Shown: positions 1-13,130 of the stretch, piece after piece
Position numbering within the stretch: position 1 is the first letter of the stretch
Layout: each line of letters begins with the position of its first letter
From: Bigelowiella natans CCMP2755
Taxonomy: Eukaryota > Protista > Cercozoa
Reading direction: 5' to 3'
DNA: 64,000 nt
Assembly (NCBI GenBank): GCA_000320545.1
Contig: ADNK01000005.1
Span: 8,613-72,612, forward strand
The notes under the pieces: model-generated
What the model saw: only the letters and a program-made list of their open reading frames with translations
Databases searched by the model: none
What the model was told of the DNA's origin: nothing
Position numbers and translations under genes: made by a program

Positions 1-227
1 TCTAATTCATGATCTTGAACATACGTTGAGATATAAAGGTACATTGTATTGGTCGGGGAAGAACCAATCATAAACTCCTGTCAATGATTAAACCATACAC
101 ACACATAACATGCACGCAAAAGACAAATATAGAAATGAATTCCATGCATTGGAAAGTATTTACAATTGCAACACTTCGAAGCTATTACCAGTGTGATACG
201 ATTATAACGAGCAGCTTTCTTTCGTAG

Positions 228-925
228 GCTCTGAACAATCAGATGGCAATTATGCTGAATATCGCACTGAAAATGTTTGCCCGGGCGAATAGGAAGGTCC
301 TGATTCTATGCAGGCGCAAGGCTGTCTATCAAAGGACGCGGAATGTAGCTCAGTATTTAGACCACGATGATGAGGCCTTCAAGCTTGTTTATATGAAGTA
401 AATACATTAATGTCTTTTTGAGATCGATCTAATCGACGAATTTATAGGTACTTAAACAACTCCGAAGAACTGATAAAGTATCTTGCCCAAATACACCATT
501 ATGAAGGTTGCTTTAAATAAATTGAATGAAATCATTCTAAAATTTTGTATGTAATCGAAGCTCCAAGTCTCATCATCATGGAAGATTTAGCATCCTTCTT
601 CAAAAGGTACAACTCGATCAAACAAATCATCTTGTGTCATCAATGGTATTAATTTTCTCACAGTGTATCCGAAAATTCTCATAAAAACCACGTGAAGACT
701 GTCGCACTATTGAAAAATGCAGTTGAGTGGGCGAATATGATTGTAAAGAGGAAAGGTACTTTCATCAACAAGTAAACTTATTCGGAAGCAATCCTTGAAT
801 TACCGTCGAAATGCGTAGGTGATGAGATAGGGAGTCGTGCAATCGTGTGTGACCAGGAGAGCACAGGATATCGATGCGATTTGTCTGGATTTTATGACAT
901 CAAAGCTGATTTTCCAAAATTGTGA
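228..925 (+). CDS. SWSAP1-like (Shu complex, RecA/RAD51-paralogue fold) protein; 5' end unresolved or partial
   Basis: Five in-phase exons (228-397, 448-506, 561-606, 664-755, 819-925) separated by 50-63 nt GT-AG introns give ALNNQMAIMLNIALKMFARANRKVLILCRR...FKLVYMKYLNNSEELIKYLAQIHHYEAPSLIIMEDLASFF...VALLKNAVEW...FPKL*. The 'MKY...EL...L..H...PSLIIxEDL..FF' segment resembles the SWSAP1 Walker-B region (family recognised from memory). Confidence 0.65.
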
Positions 926-929
926 GATG

Positions 930-1940
930 CAACGTACAAAAAAGTTCGTTCGCATTTGTGCATCTCAAGTCTAAACATGTACAGTTGTTGTGTAGTCAAG
1001 TGCTTTTGCACACATCGTTGTTGATCCTTTCAGAACATTTACAATGTCGGTCTCGATTTCATACGTTCTTCAAACAAATGTCAACACACACATGTCTGGC
1101 TAGACATGTTTGGTGCAAACGTAAAGCTAGAAAGATGCAATGTGGGGCAATCTGTACACATGGCGTTATAACTAGCTGCAGCATGTAACGCGTTATTTAT
1201 AGGCGAAACAATTATTTGAACATACGTACCTGACTACATTCATATCTAGATGTGACTGAGCTGACTGAATAGTTGTCTTCGTTCGATCATCTTGTATGCT
1301 AGCATGCATCGATCACTGCGCGCATTGTGAACAGTTTTGTCGGCACGTACGTGCTGGCTCGATCAGCCAGCCTGTCTGTGCGCTACATATTGCGAGAATG
1401 ACGCACTGCTAGCAAATTGAGACACGTACAGCTAGCTAGACAGCGCACAACGAATAAGCAAGTAGTTTTTCTGCTAACTAACTCCGTTGCACAGCGCTAA
1501 AGTATAGCTTTTAGAGATCGATGATAAGCATTCATATGCGAAGAATACTGTCTGAATCTTGGGGAGATTCATGTTCGTCCGCTGATCGACGAATGCTAGA
1601 ATGAAACAGCCAGCAGCTGCTGTTATATAGCGGTACTCTTCCCCTACAACATAAGCGCTGTAGCCGCTGCTTTGCATAGCTACATCAGGATGATCATTGA
1701 AAATTATAAAATATCTAATCGCTTCATTACATCCGTCTCACGTGAAGCGTGGCAACGCTGCGATCTAACGACGATTCACAATTTTAGAAATCAGAAATAT
1801 TGTGCATCGGCGCAGTACTGTCATCGTATATCCATGTACGTGCACAGAACCAGAAAAGCATGCAAGGCAATGTGTCAAAATACGTGTGTGTATGCGTCAT
1901 GTTCTAACAAAGAACAAAAAATATCGCTTATCATTCAATC
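930..1940. other. Convergent intergenic island 1, rich in palindromic tetramers (CTAG, CATG, TGCA, AGCT, GATC)
   Basis: Lies between two 3' ends. Dense gctagc/catg/tgca, no microsatellites, no credible spliced ORF. Confidence 0.7.
1653..1740 (+). repeat. Dispersed ~85-bp repeat, copy A (ends CATTACATCCGTCTCA)
   Basis: AAGCGCTGTAGCCGCTGCTTTGCATAGCTACATCAGGATGATCATTGAAA...AATCGCTTCATTACATCCGTCTCA aligns with the reverse complements at 19635 and 20069 and with copies at 48652-48997. Confidence 0.85.
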
Positions 1941-1942
1941 AT

Positions 1943-3475
1943 TCATCGGCTGCGATTTGCTTTTGAGAGCAAGAATTGGATAAAGGGTGATGAGTGAGAG
2001 AACACACCCATTCCATATGATCTGCCGGAATGATTCTGGTAATGCTCTCCTCTGTGGCCATGGTTTGTGTTATTATTGTTCGGACTACTTGTGGTCTTTA
2101 CTTCATCTATCTGTTGTAGTGATTCGTAGTGTCCTCTTTGAGATATCCAAGAGCAACATACAATAATACCAAGGAGAGAGAATGAGGTTAAAAGAATAAT
2201 ATTGATGAAAACAAAATTCATAAACTCCAGAGGTGAGCCCTAGAGATGATAACGTAAAGGTCAAACTAAACTCCTTATTCGAGTATAAATTAAATGTCCA
2301 TTTTTCCTTTGAAAGCTGTGGTGATTTGGGAGCACGTCATCAAACATTAATTCATTCCATCAACTTAAACACAACTGACCCATCCCCCACCGCCATGTGG
2401 AAGAGCGCGATACTGGGCCGCTTTTCATTGTACGGGGCAGCTCCGTCGGGAGATGAAATCTTCGTGTGTATGCGTGTAAAAGGAAGTAAACAATTTATGT
2501 ATAAATTTAAAAGCTGTCGATTCGCAATTGTCCTAAGACCACTACTTACTGTTGCTACTGTTGATCTACGACTACTACAACAACAACAACAACAACTACT
2601 ACTACTACTACAACTACTATTTCTTGTAGTATAATTGCTGCTCTATGTACCCTGATGGAGAAATCGAGTTTGCCAATATCAGGGTTCATGTACACGGTGA
2701 GGAAGAATATATTCACTATGTGGGGCACGAATAGGAGTGAAGGTAGCGGAAAGAGCGAAGAAGGGAAGAGGCAGGGAAGAGGCAGGGAGGAGGGAGGAGG
2801 AGGGAGGAGGAGGAGGAGGAGGAAGGAGAAGCAAATGTGAATAACCGATGGAGGAAGCATAAATGATGTAATAATAAAACGGACACTGCTGCTGCTGCTG
2901 CCTGTACCTTGGTAGTAGTGGGCCACATGCATATTATGCGTCGGTCCAACTGCACAGGAACCATCTCTACGAGACAGAGAGAGAAATGAAGAGAGGGGGG
3001 CGGGGGGGGAGGTAAACATAGCACGAATGAGTAATTCAGCACAAAGATTGACTAGATGAATGAAAACATGAAGGTAGGTACCGATATTCACTGATGTATT
3101 GCTCGTAAGTCGTAACCTATCCATGATGATCAGACACGACAACAAAACACAAGCTTGATATGGTAACGAATACGAAAAAGAAAGAAAGAAAGAAAGAAAG
3201 AAAGAGAAAGAGAGGAAGAAGATAGGTTAATTTAGCAGACTACATTTGAGACGTCGTACCTTGCCCAGATGCTTATCAAACCACTTACGATCCACTTGAG
3301 TCGCGAGGTAATTTCGCCATGCACGCCCGAGCTGACAAATGGAGGTGGGAGAGGCAAAGAGAAAGACGACGACAACGATGGATGATGCAGAAATCACATA
3401 GTAACTAACTTGGCATGTGTTTAACAGTACTATATATTCGCAGAGAGAAAGAGAGAGATAGAGAGAGAAAGAAAG

Positions 3476-3519
<44 letters not shown>

Positions 3520-5420
3520 GTGATAGCCTGAATGAAGCATTGATGATTTTTGTCGTTCGAAAGTATCCTCTATTGCGTTGGATCGGCATGTTTGTTGGTC
3601 ATACACATTGTGGATCTAGCTATGGTGGTGTTGTTTTATCTTACATGCTGTCGTTGCTCGGAAGAAGCCTCCCGGAAGCTGAGGCCCGTCTTGATATCCG
3701 AAGGAATGGACACCCCAGCTGTGCGTATGCTGGGAGAATAGAGGATGTAAATACTTGACGATGTTTCATGATGGTGACGGCTAGGAATGTGAAGAAATCA
3801 TGCACATCTTTTCAATACACGGTGTTCTTGGCAACATCATGGCTGCGTATTTGATGATACAAACATACATTCGTGGATCTCTGACGTCCAGTGAGTGGAA
3901 AACAGAGCCTGTAAAGAAGAATAAGAAGAATATCAAGGACATAGCAGGCAACGATGCCGACAGCAAGGAGGCACCTGTTTTGACCACAACCACAGAGATA
4001 GATAGGGGCGAGTGCTATCATCATTGATTACATTTTATGTTTAAATCTATACTCAATACCGACCGAAGAAGCAAGTTCCATCAGCATGGGACCCCACACG
4101 GCAGACGCGAGGCCTCAACGCTATTATTATCGAAAGGAGGCCAAACATCAAAGGATAGCAGAACATCGGGAGAACTAACACGACAACAAGAACAACACCT
4201 ACTACTACTACTACTACTACTACTGCTGCTGCTGCTACTGCTACTACTACCGCCAAGCTGGTCGAAGTCGCGAGAGCCCGTTACCACGTTCAATAGCACC
4301 TGAAAAGAGGGAGCAGCAGCGGCAGTAACAGAGACACAAAATAAAGGCGTAGATACATCATCAACGCACATGGTGGCTGCATGCTGTATGTACGAAGAAC
4401 GATAATGTGCGGAAAATAACATCCTTTTGATCGATGCAAAGGACAAGCAATCAGACTGCTGCTGCTGCTGCTGCTGCTGCAAAGCCGTCATGTATCATCA
4501 CTACCATTACAATTACTACTACTACTACAACAACTACTACAACTACTACTACTACTACTACTAATAATAATAATAATACACATAAAACAACGCAGAAGGA
4601 ACAGTAGCAACACCTGTACTTCGCCATCTGCAATACTCAGGAGCATTCTCTGAAGCCACTGAGGCATTGGAGCTGACGCACTCTGCTTTGTCGATGATGG
4701 CGACGACGATGAAGCAGCAGCAGCAGCAGTAGCATTGGTACAACCTTTACGTGACATGGCCATTAATGATAGTGATAATGATGAGGAAAATAGGAAGAAG
4801 AGAAACCTGAAATTGGGGAAGGAGCAGCAGTGCGAGCTGTCGTTGATACAACGTGGCCTGATAATCAACAATAATGGCAGCGACAACGACGGCACAACGA
4901 CGGTGAGATCCAGTATTGATACTGTATCACCGCTGCTGCTGTAGTGTGTTCATGGTACTACAACTACAATCGCTATTTTTGACGACAGAATAAATGATGA
5001 AAAATGATGATGATGATGATGATGATGATGATTGCAGTCTGATGCTGTTAGATACAAGGTCAGCCATCGTTTGTTGTCGTCGTCGTCGTCGTCGAGAAAT
5101 AAGCTAGTATTTTCTCCGTATGTGTAAAAAATACACACTCCCCCCCCCCCTTCTATTCCACCCCAACACATTTGGACCACCGTTGGCCGATGTACGCATT
5201 CGCTTAGCGCCTCTCTTCCCCGACCCCATGCTGGCCATTGTAGAGCTGGCAGATGGCGCAGCGTGGGATGATGATATAATGGGGGTAGCTCCAGCAGGAA
5301 TATCCTCTGTAACATTCATTTACTTAACGCTGCGAAGTCCAACATCCGTATCATAAACAACACAAACCCTCCCTTGCCAACACACGCACATGTGTGAATA
5401 CACACATAGACACTACTATT

Positions 5421-5460
<40 letters not shown>

Positions 5461-6245
5461 GCCGAATCGCACCGTCGGGGATATGAGCACGTGCACGCTT
5501 TGGCTGTGACTTGCGAATCTCGTTCTGCTCCAAATGGTACCTGAAAAAGGAGGAGGGGAGGGGGGGGTGAAGGAAGGAGGAAGGAGGAAGAAGAATATAG
5601 ATTAAGAGGGCTCTGCTATTTGTATGCACGTTTCTTTGTTTGATGTGTCCCCTCCCTCGTACGCAAGGATGATAGTAATGAAGAACACTGTGAAGGTTGG
5701 AGCATTGATAATAATCGAGCAGCAACGGACAACATATCAACGGAATAGTGGCATTGATGAGCTTGCTCTTGAGTGAATTGAATTATAAGTCCAGAACAAG
5801 CACGTCGATGATTTATTTAACCAAGACACGATTACAGCAGATTATTAGTTTTTCAACTGCTGTCTGTACAAGCTTCGTCGCGAGAGAGCAGACAATAAAT
5901 CATCGAATATTGTTGTGCCACCACCACCAGCAGCAGCAGCAGCAGCAGCATCATCAATGAAAACACGTTTCACGACCAATATTCCATGCAGCAGCCAGTG
6001 TGCAGATTTTGATACTCAACTTGGACCTGCGTTATGATAGCGGCGGATATCATTAGTAGTTTTGATTGGTGAAGAAAAGAAGAAGAAGAAGAAGAAGAAG
6101 AAGAAGAAGAAGAAGATGATGATGAAGATGGTGAGGTGTGCATGAAGTATAGGAGGAGGAAGATGATTGATTTATTGATTGATTGATGATTAGTGGCAGT
6201 GGTGTTGGTGGAGGGCGATAATGATTAAGATGATGGTGGGACTGA

Positions 6246-6318
<73 letters not shown>

Positions 6319-6955
6319 AAGACGTGATACGACATAATCTTCCCCCTTCTCCTCCTCCTTCTCCTTATCATCATCATCATCATCATCATCATCATAATCC
6401 CGTCGATGCAGGTGACTTAGTACATAGATGAATACCTCATTGGCATCTATCTTGGTCACTATTCCTACAATCCAACTCGATCTCCTAATAAACAAAAGAA
6501 TAGAATATCTATATGATGACGATGGTGATGATTGATGACGATTGATGATTATTGTGCCACAATGAAAATGATTATGGAAAAAATCACACACGAAACTGAG
6601 AGAAAAGAGGAGAAAAATGAAGATGCATTATGCATGTACACAGATAGTGACAATCAAAATAGCGGCGGCGACGACGACGTAGACGACGACTCACGTAGGT
6701 TTGGGCTTCCGTTGCTTTATCATGACGGGTTCTCCCTTGGCATATGGATACACTGTCCTTCGGTTTCTGCAAATAATGATGAAGGGCAAGGGCGTTGATG
6801 AGGAAGAATGAAACCAAACTAGCTTGTTGGGAATATATCAGAGCAATTTTGCGCTTTCTACTTGTACTTATTATCGTTTTCACAGTGACTCCATTATCAA
6901 CGAAATCGATTCTGCAAACATGAGTGTCCTCCACAAGAAGGTCATTGACTTTGAG

Positions 6956-6992
<37 letters not shown>

Positions 6993-7093
6993 TGATGATG
7001 ATGATTTATTACCCCTGCCATAACAGCAAGTCCACCCTTAGCTGATATGGCGGTTGATTGACAAAACAACAAAAGATTAGGAAAGAAACGGAT

Positions 7094-7133
<40 letters not shown>

Positions 7134-9403
7134 AACCAAACCTATGGTGCTAAACACTTGGTGTATGTATGTATGTATGTATGTATGTATGCACGTATGT
7201 TGGTATGTATGCCACTTGATGAATATTATCATCCATGCTTTTCCGAAGATTATACCGCAAAATACATGCTTGCACCAGAGATTGAGCTGGTCGCCACCGT
7301 CGTTAAAATCACCACCACCACCATCATGATAACCATCATCTAATGTATCCTTCTTGTTCTTCTTCTGGTTATCTACCTGCAGCTCCTTCACTGTTTCCAG
7401 AATCGTGGATGCATGTGCAGGGTTTTCGGGGGTCACTACGTTGTAACATTGACAACAAGAACAACACTTATGAGCTCATCATCATCATCATCATCATCAC
7501 AATCATAATCAACAACCATTCATTCATAAAATGAGAGATCGATGCTACTATATAAGAAGTAAAGTAAAAGGCTTTTGTCCATCGAGCAGTGAATAATACA
7601 GTCGTGATAGTTGAATTATCATTATTATTACTATTATCATCATCATCATTATCAATATTATTATAATCCGTTTGGTCCCCCTCCCCACCTTCAACTCCTC
7701 CAAATGGCTTGATACAGATGATCTCGTATCCTGCCTGATAATTTCAGCGATAAGATTGCAAACCAACGGTATGGTGAAGGAGGAAAGAAGTAGCAGCAGC
7801 ACCAGTGGAGAGTAGCAGAGAAAGAATTAATGGACGAATGGAGTGATGGATGGATGGATGGATGATGAGAAAGCCTCGACGAATACCTCGATGCCTTGGA
7901 TATCCGCCTGGGAACCAGGCGTCACTGACATGATTCGTGTCGGTATTATTTTCCTCCTCGCCTTCGATGATGATGATGATGATGATGATGGTGGTGGTGG
8001 GGGAGAAGTAGTAGCAGCAGAAGATGAAGCCTCTGTGGATGCCACTGCTGCCGCAGCTGTAGATGCAAACATACTGGGACATGACGACGATAGTATTCTC
8101 CTATCCTTTGTGATCTTCCTCTTCTTTTCATCCTGCTGCTGCTGGTTCATAGCTGCTCTCGGTGATGATTCATGGCCAGCTCCTTGCTGCCTCCCCCCAC
8201 GTGCTCCAGCTGCTGATAACGACCCGCCGTCCTCACGATCGGTGTCCTTATTCTCACGCTGCAGGGCTATTCCGAGCGGTAACGACGCGTCCAAATTCAC
8301 GATCACCCTCTGTGTATGTATGGCGGTGGTGGTGCTGTTAGCGATTCAGTGACAACGATGACGACGACGACGACGATGACATGGACATTTCATTGAAATG
8401 GGGGGCGTGGGGGGGCGTGGAGAGGAGGGCAAAAACTCAATAAAGCAATGGTCATTGTGATGGGTGTAGGAGGATAAGGTTGAAAAAGGAGATAATTAGC
8501 TTAAAGAACCAACAGCAACATCGCCAGCAGCATGAATATAAGGAGATTAAATATACGAAAGATAGCACTTTGCTGAATCGGGACTTAGGCGCGAATCGGT
8601 CCTATAAAGTGTAATAAAACGATGAAATCACATCCTGCTACTGTTGGCCATTGGAGGAGGGCGTTGGGTATTACTAAAACAACAACAACAACTACTACTA
8701 CTACTGCTACTACAACAATCTCAAAAGTCACGGGAGGAGTACAAATCACCGCTAGTACCTGCTCAGTTTTCCAATTTATGATTTCGTCGTAGCTTCTGCT
8801 CCAACCCACGTAATGCACGTCCACAAAATCATTTGTCGACGACGACGATGACGAATCGCTCATCTTTCGGATAAAAAAGAGGAAAGGGAACCGGGGGGAG
8901 GGGGAGGGGGGGGGGGGGGGGTTAAAATAAAATATTTTGAAGTAGTTCACCAGGACGTCTCAAACCACACAATGAAATAGGAGAAATACCATCGATTTGG
9001 ATATCGAGGATGATCTCGCGACGACCTGGTTGTAAGGGTAGTAGGATGGATCAAACATTATTGTACATCAATATACACTACTCTGAGATTTCTTCATACA
9101 GTTGACATTATAATAATACCTTACAATTGCGAACGATTGCCAAAATCCATTTACCAAATAAATCTCTCACGTCCATCAAACCGGAAGGCTTTTGCATCAT
9201 CGACTTGCTTATCGCCTCCCCCTCCTCACTAAACACCCCGAAATCGTCAATGGGGGGGGGAGGGGGCGCAGAAGGGACTAGACAATGTTTAGAATCGCCA
9301 TCGATTCCCTAATCGATTGAGCCACAAACAAAGGGAAGGAGATATGAATGTGATGATAGCGATAGAAGGGTTCCAATTCAAACTTTCCTTTCATCGATAG
9401 TGG

Positions 9404-9456
<53 letters not shown>

Positions 9457-12400
9457 CCACACGCATGCACACACATGCACACACATGCACACACATGCAC
9501 ACAGAGCGTTGGACATCGATCTCTCCCTGCTCCAATAATGCCCCTGCACACGCGCCTTACCACTACTACTACTGCTACACTACGGCTACCTCGTGACTAT
9601 GCTGAAGTGGGCCATCACACGGCAACAAACGAGCGCCAACTGCCCGATATCGCTTGTTGTTCTTACGACGTGCAATGAGTGGGGACCCTGGAGGAAGCTC
9701 ATCCTCCTCCTCCTCCTCCTCCTCCTCCTCTTCCTCCTGCTGCTGCTGATATTCATCGTTTCCCAAGCCAGCTCCTGCTGCCTGGGGAGAGGTACTACTA
9801 CTCCACAGTGGCTGCTGCTTTTTGTACAAATCATCTTCAGCACCGTTGCCCTTCTTCTGTGCAGTATGCACAGCGTGGAGCTTCAGCTTCGCCGCCATTC
9901 CTTCCTCTTCCTCCTCCTCCTCCTCCTCCCTCCTTCTCCTCCTCATTTGACGCTTGCGTGACGACAGTGGGGATTTTTGCCGTGTGGGATTCCTATTCCC
10001 TCCTCTTATGCTTCCAATCCTGTCCTCAATAGCTCCTTGCTGCTGCTGCTGTCTCTTCTTTCTTCTTTGCAAATCCAGTGACGGAGAGCCTGCAGGTAGG
10101 GATTTCTCCCATGGGAAGGTCCTCTTGCCTTCAATCTCGTCGTGTTGTTGTTGTTGCTGCTGCTGCTTCTCCTTCCCCATCACAGTGATAGTATCGCCGT
10201 GGTTCTGGGTGTTATCCCCTTCATTTTTCCGCCTCGTAGTAAGATCCTTACTAGGCACACCAGCGAAAATTCGAGACCACAATGGTCCGGCTAATAATGT
10301 ACACATTTTAACAACACATATTATATACATTGTTATTTTCATCATCCTCCCCCCCCTCCTCCGCTTCCGCGGCATTCTCTGCTTCGCCCTTTGCCACATA
10401 AACTAGTCTCATAATTGATGACAACACCACAAAAACATCCAATTGCAGAAGAAGGAGCCTCGACGGAATTACACCATATCTTTATTTATCAATCGGAGCA
10501 TTCTCTAGTTCATCTATCCATCAAGGTATGGATACTGTGACTTGCCACTACTTCTGTTATTATTATTATTATTCCTCTTCTTTTGATACAACCTGTGGAG
10601 CCTTTGAAAATGGAGGTGTAGCATGAGGCAAGAGGCTGCCCAGTCCCGTAGTGCAACTAGGTAGGAACATCAGTCGTGACGTTCGAGCAAGGGGGGGGTG
10701 CAGTTAGATTGTTTTCCAAATTATGAGAAGGAAAGGAAAGCGATAAGAGAGCGAATGATGGATTCACTATAAAGGACAAAGGAGGACAACAACCCATACT
10801 CATACCCGCTGAATCTCTAGGAATTTTCGTTTATCACAGGGCTGAGGCTTGACCAAACATCGTGCCCTTATATTGAAGGGGGGGAGGGGGGGATGTAGAA
10901 AGAGGGTGTATTGACATCAGCCCTTGCTAACATGCAAAATTAAGTCTCGTTGTCATCATCATATTAATCGAAAAACAAGTTTTCACTGGTTGTTAGGCTA
11001 GTAGGACAATGCTGTTACCCGAAAAAGCTGCTGAAAGAGCCAGTTGGGCTGGAGGAGGAGAGGGGGGAGAGAGGAGCTTGAGGAGTGAACCCCAAGCTAG
11101 TGCTAGATCGACTCTCCCTCCTCCTCGTCATTCCCAAGCAGCCTTCATCTTTAGCATTATAACCATCGTCATTGCCTGCTTCCTTGATGTCCTCGCCCAC
11201 CATATTGTTGTTTGTTTCTGAGAAATTCGAAGAGAAGGAGGAGGAGAACGTATCGTTGCGACGATGCTGCAGCTGAGTATACTCACGTCCATGCTCCTCG
11301 TTGCCCACCCCCCACCAGTTTCCACCGTCCGTCGTCGCAGCTTCTAAGGGTGCCTAAGAAGGGAGGGTAAGGAATAACACTTCGCGAAAAGGGTTGTTTT
11401 AACAAAATCAAGCAGTTTTTACCCCCAATGCGAAGTGAGAGCCAGCATGGCCGACAAGTATAAGGTGTGAGGAGGCGGGAACGTTAGCGATTAACTTCTG
11501 CAGCAATGCTGCACTGCGTATCAGGGTCTCCGAGTGCTGCATATTATCAGGTATACTTAAGTGCTGTGACAGACATCTAACCCCCTCTTCCTTTCCCTCG
11601 CTCTAATTCACAACCGATTCGTTCTTCGAGAGGGGGGAGGCGAAACCGTGGTAACGAGGGTCGACAGGGATGCCGAAAGCGGAGCTCTCTGTTAGGGTCA
11701 AGAATTTCATTTGCGCTGCCTAACAACATCAAAACATGTGGGTGATGATGTGACGGCCAGCGAGAACAAAGGCTACATGAAGGATGCAGGACCTCCATTT
11801 CCAAGCAATCGAATTAATATACGTAAAACAAGAGTACTCTCAACTTAGTCAAAAGCAACTATTACCTTTGGGGGAGGGTAGAAGCCCGTACACTCAAACA
11901 GATGATTCTCAACTCGCACCTAGGTAGATTGGTTATACAACGACGCCAAAAGATGAGATAATTATAGAGCAATACAGCATGCGTGTGGAGTATTGCCAGG
12001 ACTCGATCTCTTTTTTGCTACCTTCGCGAACCGTCCCACCGCCTTCGCAATCTGGAAAAAATGACGGGGGGGGAATGGCACGTATTCGTTTTTTGGTCGG
12101 CTAGCAAGAATCCACATAAATGATGATGGTACAACCTCTGCCGCTGTTTGCAGGCAGCCCAGTGCCGGTGATGACACGATCACGCACCTGCACCGAATTC
12201 GTTATTCCGATAAGAGTACGATGATTAGTTGCGGCTTTCCTCATGTGATTAGACCATAATGGAATTCTGTTTTCGAAGACAAGGATAGCATATGCAGGGA
12301 CTCTACCCTTCTTTCCTCAGCATCGGAAAATTTCTCACAAGAGCCTCAGCATTTTCACGCGCAAAATGCAATCCTTTCCGATCTAATGGGGGATCCTGTG

Positions 12401-13130
12401 AGGATAAATAGATTATCGTCAACAACATCGTCATCCACGTTTTGGAATTTGAACTGCTGCTGCATAAAGAAGGTTAGGACCAAAAGGTCTACAATTACCA
12501 GTGCGTGATGCTCCATTGTTCGTGCTGGTACAAAAGGGGGCATGCTCTCCGTGGGCTCGTATCTATAGTATAATGCCGAAAGAGAATATGAGGAAACGTG
12601 GGAAGGAGACACTGTGCAACCTCCAAATATGCCAAAATGGATGCATTTTCATTATCCGAAACGACTTATTACAAACATCAATATCTTCCTTCCTTATCTC
12701 TAATATGTCTGTGCTCTAGTGGCCCCCCCCTCGTCCTTACATCCAAGCCCGATTCGGCCCTTTCTTAAAAGCTCTATGAATCTGTTGAGAAGCGAAATTC
12801 AAGTTATTATGACTGTAGTGATACACTTGAGCTGAGATTTTCCTTCTTGGTGATGAATTTTTTTAACTCTCATTTTGTCATATAAGGATAAGACCCAGTC
12901 GTGACTCCCAAACTGGACTTGAGTTGAGTGGCGCATCACAACAAGCAGCCGCCCCTGAAAAAGGGAGGATTAGTCTCCTGGATCTACTCTATTCTCGAAG
13001 ATTTTCCATAGACATTCTTCACTGATCAATCCCGAAACGGTATGGAATGCAGAAATAGCAACACAGCCCGTTGGGTGAAGAGGATTACCTGACCGTTCAC
13101 CTTCCCCTCATCCGTCGACTCCGCCTCCAT
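1943..13130 (-). CDS. Large multidomain protein: UBASH3/Sts-like histidine phosphatase (degenerate) - Tudor/chromo-barrel - PDZ - Tudor/Agenet-like - OTU-like cysteine protease; about 30 exons; may start further upstream (up to ~13600)
   Basis: Spliced exons read LLVVMRHSTQ...DWIHRAF...MPPFVPAR...DPPLDRKG...VSSPALGCLQTA...VRVENHLFE...LILVGHAGS (12955-11420); MDVRDLFGKWILAIV...VDVHYVGWSRSYDEII...DRFAPKS (9180-8570); LDASLPLGIAL...IMSVTPGSQADIQGIEAGYEII (8310-7700); KGEPVMIK...WIVGIVTKIDANEVQVEY (6760-6000); RVGSHADGTCFFGSVFHSL...YEQYI...VNIFFL...SIALFHMAVGDGGHYESL (4130-2100). Most junctions are in phase; those around 4850-5900, 6770-7300 and 10290-10590 are unresolved, so two genes cannot be excluded. 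Confidence 0.7.

Noticed and set aside
1653-1740. 85-bp repeat as a CRISPR repeat, tRNA-derived SINE or Helitron end
   Set aside because: No regular spacer array, no A/B boxes or cloverleaf, and no CTRR terminus at the expected distance from the hairpin.
1943-2221. Independent small membrane protein MNFVFINIILL...
   Set aside because: The hydrophobic part is intronic pyrimidine-rich sequence; the exon begins at GHYESL of the OTU domain.
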